Below are positions 36,254 to 49,458 of a DNA stretch of 64,000 nucleotides, one piece after another; the first letter of the stretch is position 1, and every line of letters begins with the position of its first letter. Source of the DNA: Bugula neritina (taxonomy: Eukaryota > Animalia > Bryozoa); the NCBI GenBank assembly GCA_964035545.1, contig OZ037767.1, forward strand, positions 14,822,998 to 14,886,997, given 5' to 3'. The notes below the pieces were generated by a model, which was given only the letters and a program-made list of their open reading frames with translations, had not been told where the DNA came from and did no database searches. The translations under genes and the position numbers were made by a program.

Positions 36254-39237
36254 CCACAGAGAGTTGCGTGACTTGAAGAGCTGCATGATGTGACTTATTG
36301 TCAATGTGACCTGTTGGTGTAACATATGTGACAATTTCTAGATCTTAAAGTGTATCTGTAAATTCTCAGAACTGTGTATATCTGTTAAAACTTCCTTCTT
36401 CTGTGGGAAGCAAATGTTTTTATTTGGAATAAAACTGTTAAACCAGCTCCAACTCTATGCAGTTATTCTTCTATATTATAATATTTAGCTAGGTCACGAG
36501 GAACTTTTGCTCCCAGTCAGAGTTTGGATGCTTGCCAAATATCTATTTCTTTTTTAAGCAAATGTCTATTGAAAGCCAGCGAGGCGTGTGCCTTTTATAA
36601 CTGCCATTATATGCTCTGAATCCCCAAGCCATAGCTTTCTTCCTTGTAAGCAAAACCTACTAACTCTGCATTGTTTTAGTAATTTAAAATGCTATTACGG
36701 GATTGCAGAAGTTCACTGGTAAAGTTTAAGTAGCCACAAGTTATACTCAAGTTACTAAGTCCTAAGAGATAGGGATTGGTTGAAATTTGAAATAAAAACA
36801 CAGACAACCAAAATTACAGCTAAATAGCATGTCGTTATTTCATTATTTTCCCCATGCGATTTTATATCCCTATTAAAAAGGCTAAATTAAAATTTGATAA
36901 GTATAAAAGATAGTATACTATTTTTTCAAAGGCAGTTCCTCATTCTTTTCTATAACTGCTAATGACATTTGGCTACAGCTATCTGTACACATGATTAATT
37001 TACTATAAATTCTGTTGGACAGTTGTAAACAGATAAAGGAGCTTTAATATATAAAATATCAGTCATACTTTTGCATGGTAAACATCTGGAGTTGAAGTTG
37101 TAGTCATGTGTTGGTAGTAAGTGCGAGCTTTGCCAGAGGAAAATGTCATAGCAAAAATACGTATAAGTTAGGGTGATTATACAAAGTTTTAGGGCATAGC
37201 CTCATATGTTTGGTGGTAGGGAGTTAGCCAGCACATACTTTCTGAAATAAACAATTATGTTATTGTGTCTATAAGATAGAGTATAATATAAAGCTCCCGC
37301 ATTTTATTTGTATCGAAATGAATAATAATAAAGGACTGTTGGAATACAAAACAGCAGTCTTTGCTGGCAAAGGGCCAACTTATATGTTTTGCTTAGCTTG
37401 TGTATTGTATAAAATCAACTTATTTTGGGCTTGTTTTTGATATTCAAAAACATAAGATTATGTTTACTAGAGTTTATGTGAGTAATACTAGAGCTAAAGA
37501 GAGCTGCGTTACAAATAATTTGAGTTGTGCTAGAGATAATAGAAGTTATACTGTAGAGGTAACTGGCATTATGATGCTTAAATCAGTTAACAGTGAAATA
37601 TAAAATTTACTTGCAACAGCCTAATAGTAACAAAAGTTTGTAAATAATTTCAAAACAATTTTACACAGCTATATTTGCTTAAAGTTCTTTTTAATCACCT
37701 TTAATACATGCATAATTATATTCATTGCTTCGAACTATTTTAAGATTTAGCTTGAATTGAAGCTTTAATTCATTCCAAAACAATCAGAGCACCTTTGCCA
37801 CCCCGAATTTCTGTATAATATGAAATGTCTGTAAATTATTAGAATGAATATTATGATAACTGTGCATCTCACTTGGAGTAGAGTTTGAATAAAGCAGTTG
37901 CGAATCATAAGTTCTAGTAAACTTAGAAAAGCTAGCATGAAATGCATGAACGTAATGCTGGCTGTACAAAGCTGAATGTATATAGCACACTATGAATATC
38001 TAGTTACTGTTATATCAATAAGCAGATTTTCCTCATACCTTATTCTACTGAGTGTGATAAACTGTGCACATGACCACCACAATGCCCCACTACTATGCGT
38101 AAGAAATAATACAAAAATTTCACAGCACTCATCTAAAAATCAAGCATGCAGTTTCTTTCTGCTTATGAACGTTAGTTTGGTTTGGCAAATCTGATCAAAT
38201 AAATTATATTTTGTTACCCTTTGACTCACCAGTTTGACTGTTTAAACTTGAAAGAAAAACTTACAACAACTAGATTATGCAACTACATGAGACATTGTGT
38301 GTGGTCTACACTAGTCAACTTTGTGTGTGGTCTACACTAGTCAACTTGTAGCATGATAAATCCACTTCAAGGGCAGTGAAACTCACTTGATCTCTACAGT
38401 CAAGTGTCTCTAGCCGTGATCTCTATAACTATTTTTCTAAATAAACTGATGAAACCTAGGAGAATATATTTTGATTCATTCTGAATATAATATATATTTT
38501 GATCTGACTAGAACTCTAAAATCTTAGAAATTGGCAAGCTAGTGCATGTTCTTGTAACTCTAAGTTTTAAAACAATGTGAAGTTGAAGTACTATACAAGC
38601 TATATTTAAATTATAGGGTTGTGTGACATCATAACAAGTCTGCATTTGAATTCTAAGTTAAAGTAAAATATTCCAATTCTCTGCAACGTTTACAATCAAC
38701 TGTGGGTGTGAGCAACAGTTTTTAAATTGTACAGTTGCTGCTATTCCTACTCCTACAATTATCAATCAATTTTGATCATAGTACTAGCTTCGCAAACAAA
38801 TATCGCGGGCATAAATGTCAGATGATGAGGGTTTGGGTGATAAATTAGAATAAATTTGCAAATATATACACACCTTAAGCTAAGTTTGTACTAAAAAAAT
38901 TGATTTAGATGATTACTAATGAAACTATATAAAGATTAGGTAAGCCAATTTCAGCTTATGTGTTGAATATTACTAAAGGCTACAAGTTATAGTGTCTATA
39001 ACTTTACATATTGATATATTCAGATGAAACTTGTTGGTATTCCAGAGTTCTAAAGGTTATTTTTTATTTTCCAAGCTCACTACAGTGCAAGTACTGTAGA
39101 TGTATTGTCTGAATAGTGTTGGAAAAAGCTGCTTTGAAAAACTTGAACTGCCTTTGTTCATTCACCAGCGACACTCATTGTAAGAAATGTTCGTACGTGA
39201 TTGCCTTCTAAAGCAAAGCAAATATCTCGTCATGGTT

Positions 39238-39328
39238 GGGAATTTCCCAAATCTTACTGACACTCATAATTCCCATCAGCGAATTAGAATCATCCGTATG
39301 AAAAGCTGCGCAGCTAGACGTATAAATA
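39238..39328 (+). promoter_or_regulatory. kB-type site (GGGAATTTCCC, 39238-39248) and TATA box (TATAAATA, 39321-39328)
   Basis: Consensus GGGRNWYYCC match about 75 bp upstream of a TATA box that precedes the first exon of the Rel-homology gene. Confidence 0.55.
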
Positions 39329-39471
39329 GAGGGCAGGCTGCGTAGACCTGGTTATAGTAGATAGTGCTGGCTCAACTAGCCTTTAACTTTTAATGGTATA
39401 AGTTGAAGTAAGTAATAGAATCGCGATTACTTACAGCTCCAGAACTTACACCATTCTGTCTCAGGCTGGTT

Positions 39472-42400
39472 ATGTTGGGCAACCCACGTACGGGTGAGTT
39501 CTACACTAATCTCTAAGTGACTAGAATACACTGCTTCTGCTATACTTTTGAACTTTCTAGATGTTTTGCTGTTTGACTACAAATTTCACATTTACAGTAA
39601 GATTAAACGAACAAAACGCTTTTGAATTGGTTTTTTTATCTGCCCACATTTTTGACAAATATTGTTCGAAGTTATTGCAGCCTACTATTGCTGAAGCCTG
39701 CAGGAACATGCCGTATTTACAGTGTTGAAACTTTAAAAATTTTCTGCTTGAGACGAAATTTTTATGTTATAAAAACTTTAAATATCATAGATAGTAAAAT
39801 TGACATAAACCAGCTGTACATCAGCTTGTGGTTTCTTGCTCTAGTACTGCAATAAGCACCCACTAACCAGAGCTTGACTATTTCAGTAAACTGTGTACTT
39901 TTCTTTCACAGGCACTGATTTTTCTTCACTGAGCAGTGGATTTATGAACGACTCTCTTTCTGATCAACAACTTGTAGATTATATGAGTGGGGCTCCACTC
40001 CCTACAACCATCTCGGAAGATTACGTGGAAGATTACGAACACGAACAGGAAAATGAGTTTTGTGTAAAGCTTGAGGATGGGGATAGGATCCCTTACTCTG
40101 GTATAGAACAAGATCAGAACAATGAGTTTTGTGTACCGCTTGAGGATGGGGATAGGAGCCCTTACCCTGGTATAGAAACTAGGCTATATCATATTCTGAT
40201 TCATATCTAATACTTGTGATGCAATATTTGACGTTCTCAGTTCAAGTTTTAAAGAGTTCAATTAGGCACAATTTAGAACCATTTGACCTATATTTAAAGA
40301 GAAAACTTTTCAATCAACTTAAAAAAGCTGTCAACATTGGCTGAATTTATGAAACAATGAGTTAAGTGTTTATCATTTTAATTTTTGAAAAGTAAAAACA
40401 ATTATGTCTTAAATAAGAATTTAGCTAATTTGTAATCAAATGCTAACAATCATTAGCATTGTTGTTGACAAATGTTAGATAGTGCTAGCAAGTGCCATGT
40501 GTCAATCGTACAAAACTATGGAAGGTTTTAGTCTGCATGTATAGCCTTTTCTGTATAGGAACACTGCCAAGGGATATACCTAGGAAGAGGAGTATTGCCG
40601 GAACTTCATACTATAGTCCAGATGAAAATTCTATCTTGAACCCTTTATCTGTGAGTAATTCTATTTTTAACACATATTTCTATATTTATCGTTGAGGGTG
40701 ATTCTTAATTTATGTCTTCATCCTAGTTTATATCTGTGTCGGTGTCTATATCTATATCTAATTACATATCATTTCTATTGCTCTGTCTCTAGCTCTACAT
40801 TTTCATAGCTATCTCATTGTTTCGATACTGCATACTCTAATATCTGTGCAAACTGTCATACTGTATCTAAGTCACTTAATTATCTTAAATTATTGATTTT
40901 TAATTGCAGTTTTGCAATTATTTGAAGTTGTGTTCCAAAGAATATTGTAATTCAATAGGTTGTCAATAAAATCAATAAAAAAATTCCCAGAGCTATTGGT
41001 CATGAATCAAAACTAGTCTATCGTTTTCCAGACTGTACGAGTCAAATCAAAGTTGGCAGCTTGCCAGTTTTCTAATGCACTTTTTATTTATATTCATTGA
41101 TAACTGCAATTGACTACTGTGGAGTATAACTTTTGTTGATGGAATGTTCCATTTGTTTCATTTTACTATGTTTTATCTTGTGAAAATTATATTGAATTCT
41201 TTTACGGAGTTATTGCTTTTCCAATAGCTTATGATAATTAATAATTAGTTCTTCTTCCCTTCCTGTATCTTTTCCCTTTCTCATTTTTTACATTATGCCT
41301 CTGCTTTTCCTATACTCTTCTATTTGTATCGACATAAGCAGTATGTGCTCATCGGGATTCTATTGCACAGATTAGAAGGGATTATATATTTAGTAATATG
41401 TTAAAATTTTCCATGCTCGTCTCATTGTCAACTTCCTTGATCTCTAATTACTTTTTGTGCTCATTGATTTGCTTACTTGCACAATTTTAGTTATATGGTT
41501 ACCATGGTGACTTGCGTGCTGATTTAGCTGATCCAATATTATAAGTTTTGTATGATGTAATTTCTTTGTTCTCAGCATTATCACAACGCAAATTTCACAT
41601 GGCAATTAAAAATAGCATTGGTAGTTGAAATAAGTCTGGATTTCAAAATGACGTAATAAATTTAGTAAGTAAATAGCCTAATGTTATTTGGACTCCCAAA
41701 GCCCCTTTAGCGTAATTGGTTAGAGCGCCTGCTTGCAAGCGGGAGGTCTGTAGTTCGAACCCCGGTAGGGGCAATTATTTTACACTTAATTATTAAAATT
41801 AATATTTAATCCAAAATACATTTTTGATTTTTCATAATACTTTTTCAGATATAGGTAAAATAGAATAAACAACTTTCTTTTTTTACAAAAAGCCAATTTT
41901 CTGCTTCTAGTCGCAGTAACACAATGTAATAAGACTGTTACATGAGTGACGTTTAAACGACATGGCATTAATATCCTACTTGATTCAAACCAATTTCTGA
42001 TTCCATACAGAATTCTCCGGAAAAATTCAAGAAGTTCAGCATCAAGACCTCCCCACCAAGTTATGAGGAAACATCTCATCACCTAAATGGACCCCTACCT
42101 CTCGAACCAATGAGTTTCCATCCAACTAATGGAACACGAAGAAGGAGAACTGTGAGCAACACCTCGCACAGTGAAATGTTAGTTGGTCTTTCGCTGAAGT
42201 AAAAAAACTTGCGTTATTAGTACTTACTAAAACTCAGCTTTGTTCTTGTTTAGAGAATGTCTTCTAAAAAAAAGGTGTATTGTTGTGAATAAGAATTGAA
42301 ATCTGACTGCAGAATGTCAGTTTGACAAACAAAGCATAACTCAGTTCACAAAAGATATATAAACTGGCATTGAAAGTAGACTTAGATATACTGGATTGCA

Positions 42401-45400
42401 TCATAAGTGAATCACGCAATAGACATTTCAACGATTTACTTTTAATGCTCCTTTCTTTAGATGTTTCTCAAAGTGTAGTGTTCAGTTTTCCCAGTGGCCC
42501 CCTTGGTGTAATGGTTAGTGCTCCTCCTTGCTAGCCGGAGGTCTTTGGTTCGAAACCCAGTGAAGCCAAAAGTTTTTTACAGAGCTGTATTTTGAGTTGA
42601 CAAACTTATAGCATTGGGACCACCATTAAATAGCATCAGTCATCAGCTGTTAGCTTTTTCATCCACTACAGGCAGTCAATGCTAGCAGCGTGTGCTGCCG
42701 AATTGAATAATATTCTGGATGTTTCGGCCAATCAGAAAACAGGATCATGCATCAGCCTTGACATTAAGACACCACTTCCTACTAAGATCAGACCTTCTTA
42801 TCCAAGTTGCGAAGGTAGCAGAGGTACTATTAAGACTGACAGTGGTGATAATGTGGAGTTATCCGTCATCAATAACATGGTAAGTCTTCCAGTCATCGGA
42901 CACTTTATCAAATTACGTAACTGTTAATATGAAATTTTTAGAAAGCGTGTTTTTTAAAACTTATGATGATGATGAGATATAATTCTGAACAGCGTACTAT
43001 TTTAATATTAATTAAATCTACCATTTAGAAGTGCATTGATGAAACATTGATAACAGACCAATAAGAATGCATATTAGTGAGACTAAGAATAAGCCAATAG
43101 GAAAGCATGTTAGGGAGACTAGTAATGAGCCAGTAGAAAAGCATGTTAATGAGACTGGTAATAAACCAAAAAGAAAGCTTGTGCTCCTCAGTATTGTTGA
43201 ACTGATATTTCATAGGCTGACTCTCTGGTGGCTATATTGATAACAGCTATAGTGCTGCCTCCGGACAACTGTGATGGCGAAGCTAAGCCACACCCACATT
43301 TCAAGGTAATCTCTACTTTCAGTGACTAGGCTGCAAACATGCTTTGTTTTACAATTAAATGTTGAAAACACATACACTAATGAGCTATATGCGTTACAAT
43401 GAGTCATTTTCACAGGGAAATGTAACATGAAACTGATGAGTTTCTAAAATTACAGCGTGTGTGTCATTATCATTAGTATGTCATATGACAGCTGTAAAAA
43501 TGGTATGTGTGTGAGACGCCAAATAAAAACTATGTTTCCCCATATAAGAAGATGTCTATTCGTATTAACTGATGCAGGCATATCCTGTTGGAGAGATTTC
43601 TGGACAAGAGTTTCAGCTGAGGGGGAACCTGACTGCTGTCGGTGCACAGAGACGTCTTGTGAGAGGAGAAAATACTTTGCCGTAAGTTTTATTCAGTTCC
43701 TTGTAAAGTTTGGTTAGCTCAGCATCCCATCTCTATGTTCAGATGAAATGTGCGGTTGTGTTTGGTAGTGTGGATGTTGGTATCATGAGACAAAAAAAGT
43801 CTAGTAGCAGAACTCCGCGGTTGCAACGTGACGGTCACATTATTTTCTGCGTATGTGTAATGGATCAGCTTGAGGACGAGTGGAAGGTGGCAGACTGGGC
43901 GCAGGTCTTCAGTAATGTCATCAATATTGGTAATCATTACAATCAAATACAAACTAACAAGTGGTACTAAAAGCTAACTAAGTGGAGCCACGTAAATGCA
44001 GGAGTCACCATTTTGATTTAGATCAACCGCAAGGAGCTCCAGTGGTGACCAATCTCAGTCTGACTAAATGTCCAATAGAAGGCAACGTATATGTTGGGGT
44101 TAAGGGTCGTAACCTCTTGCCCCGAACTGATGATGCTTCTGTGACGTTTTATGACCCCAAGAAGAAGTGGAGACAAAAGGCTGAAATATCATCAGAAGTG
44201 ACTACGGTGAGCATACAGCACACAGTATTGATATAATAGTTACTAATAACTAGTTAGCTAGTATGCTTGTTACTACTTACTAGTATGCTAGTAACTAATA
44301 TGTTAATTAACTAGTTACTTATTACTAGTAAGTAGTAACTAATATATTAATTAACTAGTTGCTACTTACTAATATATACTAATTAGCTAATGTACTAGCT
44401 AGCTAGTTACTAGTGTTGTCTCACAGCAATATTCACTCTGAGTAACTTGTAATAATGCTGAATAATAAATGTATAGTATTCTTTTTAAACTGTAGCATTA
44501 ATTTGTATAATCTCTACAAACTTTTAGAAAGAAAGTCTGCTGTTCAAAGTGCCTCCGTATCCTCTGGAGAAACTGTATGGTGAAGGACCCTACCCCCATG
44601 AGATTCGTGTGTCCATCTATTTCAAGGTTGATCAGCGAGACAGTGAAAGAGCAACCAGTTTCACATATTCTCGTAAGTTGAGTGAGATCTCTTATAACTA
44701 TTGGTTTAAGTTCATGACTGTAAGCCATCAACTCACACATAGAAGTTTTGATATTACTGGATATCTCAATTTTGATTTTGATTTTAAAAGCGTAAGTTAG
44801 TCCTTTTTTATGATAATTCAACTGCGGCATTGACTGTAGTTGACCTTTTCACGAAAGTTAAAATTAGTTCAACTAGCTAATTAGTGTGATCTTTTTCAGC
44901 ATAGGGTTATGATTTGAAATGCTAGGGCATAGGAGAAGTGCATGGAAACAAACATGTATTGAAAGAGATATAAGAGAAAACGGCATAAAACACAAAGGCT
45001 AGATGTGGGGTAGAAAAATTGAAGCAGACTATAAATGAATTTAATGGAGTCAGTCAAAAGAGGGAGGCTTGTTTGAGAATATGAGAAGAGAGGACTAACT
45101 GATAAAATGTTGCATGCAGCTACCCGTTACAGCATTACACTGCTACTCTAGTCCTACTTTGAAAAAAATTGTTGATAGAACTAAATGCATAGTTGTTCAA
45201 CTTTGACTATAGCGTGTTTATCATAAGGATATAATCAATAGCGTGTATAGGAGCCAGTAACCGTTACTAAAGCGAAGATGTGTCAATGGACTTTTTGAAA
45301 CTTTTTCATTTGGCATGTGATTTCTACCACAAAGTTTCTTTTATTGCATATTGGGAATTCCAACTGTGAATAGATGAGCTATGTAATCCGTGATAACGTT

Positions 45401-47437
45401 CGTTTATGCATTAGTAGCGCAGTACTAACTATCGTATCGATCCTTGGTTAAATAATTTACCTGAATGAAAAGTGTAGAGACTTCATTGAGCTTGATTATT
45501 CAAGTAGAAGTGAAACTTATTGATCCTAACTATAAAACATTAATATCTAAAAAACCTAAAATATTTTAAAACAAAGCACAGGAAGTTTGTGTGCATTGCA
45601 TCACAATCTGCAATATTGACATGTAGATGGAAAACCCTCACAGGCTTCCTGTTGTTGAATGAAACTGCAGAGATAACTGGGAGTGAGGGCGTGTCAGTAA
45701 CGTCTCAGTAAAACCTTTTGCACTAGAATAAGGCTAATGACTACTTTTGTAGTATATTGCATTATATTTTGCACTGCTAATTAATGAGATAATTTACTTT
45801 TAGGAGACGACAATGCGTCTACTAATCGCGAGGGAAATGCACTAAGAAGACAACTGACAAAGCCACGGATAACCAATAGTGAGTATATTGTTGTCGATTC
45901 AGCACTCATAGGAAAGTGTTGAGGATAAATTTAGTTTTAGTTACAAGATCCTGTATTTATTTTGTTTTATTGTGTTATATGAAGCATTATATTATTTTGT
46001 TATATTGAATTGTAATAAACTCACTTAAGTTTAAAGTCACCATCCCTGTGAGAAAATCTTTGATGGAAAGGCTTTTGTTAAACCGGGCTATGGACTTGTT
46101 CAGATGGGGCACAGGAACAATTATGACTGAATGCTCTTCCTAACATCACCAACGGCCTTTGTCAGGGCTCAAACCCATGACTTGGTGGTTAATAGGCAAA
46201 TGCTTTAACCCCTAGACCAGGGCTGCTCCCTTGTGTTGTACTGTAGTGCATTCTATTCTATATATTCTAATGTCATTGCTTGACAAAATATGCTTTAATT
46301 AAACTATATAAAAAGTCATTGCGTAGTATCCGACTATAACTAAACCATGAGAATGCAGGGGGTAGTAGTAATGCCCGTAGTACAAATTATTATTTTAGCA
46401 AAGAAATCTGCACCTTCGGCTGGACTACAGTATGTGACTCCAAGCTTCTTGGCTCCAGATGACGGTGAGTTAAACCCCGCCTACAGTGAGTTAAACTCCG
46501 CCCAGATTAAATTAAACTCCGCCCAGAGTAAATTAAGCTCCGCCCACAACTCACAGTTGAAATTTTTTTTAGAAAAATTAAATATTTGCTTCAATTTCAA
46601 AGTTGTGAGTTGACTAAAGTAAGAAATTTAGTGATGCTAGCATGAAGCTAAGCTACTATATTGGCTTCTCATAAACTTGATTACTACTTTGGGCTGTGAA
46701 TTTAATAAGTTAAATCTATGTTCTATAAAACTTCCTTATATGCAATTTGGTCACCTTTCACCGCCCTGCAATATACAAAATATATAATATACAGTGCTCC
46801 CTCTGTATCTCACTAAGCGTTATGTCTCAAAACGCAATTGGTGGCATAATAAAATTATGGATCTGGTCAATTGAGCCATTTGTCTCTATACACACATACA
46901 TAAGCCACAAAACTGGGGTCAAAGCCCTTCTCCTGACTTATGAAATTTTATAAGAAATGAATCCGTGAGATATGTAGGAAGTACTGTAACACAATGTATT
47001 ATACATTATATTATAATACAATGTATAATACAATTTATAATATAATGTATAATACAATTTTATAGTACAATCTAATGTGCAATATAATGTATAATATAAC
47101 CCAATGTATAATATAATATAAATAACATAATTTTACATTATCTTTGTGTTTAGTTTCCAACATTCTCCAACAAGTTGAGAACTCGTCTGGCAACTTGGAG
47201 CAAATGGAGTGGGTAGAGAATGGTTCAAACTCCGGCCTTCATTCTAGATCTTTCGCTCAGCTTGCACAAGCAGTAACCCCTGGATACACACTGCCAGACA
47301 TTTACATGCCTCTCTACGATAGAACATCTGACAAGCAGACGTCAGTTGAACATGACGTCATGTTTGGAGACATGTCCGACACTCAGATGTCAACAGGAGA
47401 GGAAAATTTCTGGGGGGAAGATTTTAAGCCTTTTTAA
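39472..47437 (+). CDS. Divergent NFAT5-like Rel-homology domain + IPT/TIG transcription factor
   Basis: Exons ~39472-39493, 39912-40100 or 40169, 40559-40650, 42011-42177, 42672-42879, 43216-43305, 43578-43681, 43769-43929, 44022-44206, 44528-44672, 45804-45878, 46399-46464, 47154-47437. Motifs RPSYPSCEGSRGTIK (cf. NFAT EGSRG), KPHPH, VGIMRQK, QVFSNVI, QPQGAPVVTNLSLTKCPIEG..GRNLL..W..KAEI, KVPPY..FTY. The 5' exons and the 43769 acceptor are less certain. Confidence 0.8.
41701..41773 (+). mobile_element. tRNA-derived SINE family A copy 3 (best-preserved, pseudo-tRNA-Ala)
   Basis: GCCCCTT..AGGGGCA acceptor stem with 6 of 7 pairs, A and B boxes, and an anticodon arm CCTGC-TTGCAA-GCGGG with only a 6-nt loop. 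The T stem is imperfect. Confidence 0.7.
42497..42568 (+). mobile_element. tRNA-derived SINE family A copy 4
   Basis: TGGTGTAATGGTTAG..CTTGCTAGC..GGTTCGAAACCC followed by a T-run. Confidence 0.7.
46041..46230 (-). mobile_element. SINE family B copy 3 (longest 5' end)
   Basis: The minus strand begins GGGAGCAGCCCTGGTCTAGGGGTTAAAGCA; the body is collinear with the other copies. Confidence 0.8.
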
Positions 47438-49458
47438 GCAAAATATAATTTATTTCAAGGCTTTAATTTCAAGTTCATTTAGTCAAATATGATGAAATCT
47501 CTGTATACAGTATTTAGTTGTTTTTGACTTGTTTATTGTTAAATTTGATAATTAATTACTATGACTGGCTGGATTTTATTTCCTTGGAAACAGAAAGTTC
47601 ATTTTGATTAAATGGAATCGCTAGCAAAAGTCAATCAACCAAAAATTGTTTCATAAAAGCATTCAATACCGCAAGAATGGTGTGTGTGTATTGGTATCCA
47701 TTCGTCTCTCTCAGGTGGTAAACTTAAAATCTAAATGTAATTACATTATGAATAAAACAATTTTATTTACTGTTTGTTTTTAAACCATCTTTAAACAGTA
47801 CTAAATGAATAATTTGAGTTTCACGGTAGATATTTGTCGTGCAGTAAATAAATTGTTGTTATACTTTATAATTCATAACTTATTGGGTGTAGGATGTATA
47901 TAAATATTATTCTTCAGTTGTGTAGTAATTTTCTTACGTATATATTATGTCATTTGAGGTCACTCTTGGCTTTCAAATTACTTTCTATATCAAATCGTTC
48001 CTTATTTAACAGATACAGCTTGACTTTTTCAGCTATTATATTTTTATTACGTATTGTACGCGCATGTTGAAAATACAATTATTTACTTTATAAGATTCCT
48101 ACCTTGCAGTATATGTGTACTTTGTTGCTATGCCTCAAGTTAAAATGCTAAAATCGCCATGAACAATTTTCGTTTATGTGATATATTGAAACAAAAATCA
48201 GGCATGTGCATTAAGTGAAAATCTTTTTGAGAAAAGCCTGTGTTCTAGACATAAATGTAGCAAAAAAGTTATAAAAATTAAACATAACCATAATCAGCAT
48301 GTATGTACTTGGAATATACTAGCAAAGCAAAGTCTGTGAGTAAACATTTTACGGAGTAATATAAAAAAAAATTGCAAGTCATTGAATATTTTTACAGGTT
48401 AGCAATTTCTGGTTAGTAAAATACCAATTTATGAAAAAAAACAACATTAATAAGTCACTTTGCTAGCCAATAGGAACAACTGTTACATATGAATGTAACC
48501 TCAAATAACATGCTAGACGATTTGCTATACAATATAATAGCATTTTTTGCCTTCTTGAGCAATGCATCTCCTTTTCTGAAGATTCCAAATTTATAATCTT
48601 TAGCAAATGCTTTAATGCTAGAAAATTTTGATATGAAACATAGTTATGTGACATAACTTAGAAGTTGTTTATTTGACAACAAAAAGGTTTGGGTACTTTG
48701 CATTTCATTATTTCCTATCACTGGTCTTAATTTTTCTTACGAAGTTATATAACACTGAATAATTTTTATATGTCAACTTTGGCAAGGTTCAGGGCTATCA
48801 GCTGCTTTTCTTGATTGCATATTGCTATCAAATGCAGGTTAGCAGCTGATTCCTTCAATATAATATAGCCCACTGCAAGCAAGTCAAAAACACTGAGTTT
48901 GCACAGACTTTAAGCAGAGTTTAACCTTGCATCCGGAATCCCCAATTATAAAGAGGGACATAACTCCGCATTGCGATGGAATAAGCAATGAACACATAAA
49001 AAATAGTGATTTGCAAGTAAATAAGTGTTTTACAGAAAATGGTTTGCAAAAAGCAACTCCTAAGCAATTATTAGATCGATTCATGGTGTGTAGGGGAAGA
49101 TAATTCTTACTTTGGATAAAAAACCCGAAACCTAAAATAAATAATTCAAACAGAGTATTATTGCAATCCTTCCTAATGGGGCTGAGCAAAATCTAAAATC
49201 TTGAAAACAAATTTGAAACAAAATTTTTCAAAGTTGGCACACTTCAATAAAATATTAAAAATTAATATATATATTGATGCAAAATTGTTAAAGGATATCA
49301 TTTGCAAACCCTTTTTTACTTTTTTAAACTGTATAAGGCAAAACCATGAAGATATAAAAATAAAGTTCGAAAGTTGAAAAAAGTATCAAAACTATTATTA
49401 GTAATAATAATTTGAGATAAAATAAAAATAGTGTTAGTTAAACAGCCTTCAGTCCACT

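Noticed and set aside
41701-41773. Functional tRNA-Ala gene
   Set aside because: 6-nt anticodon loop and mismatched D and T stems; member of a divergent dispersed family.
43457-43717. Cys-rich ORF frame as an exon of the NFAT-like gene
   Set aside because: Its splice phases do not fit the flanking exons; another frame of 43578-43681 does fit.
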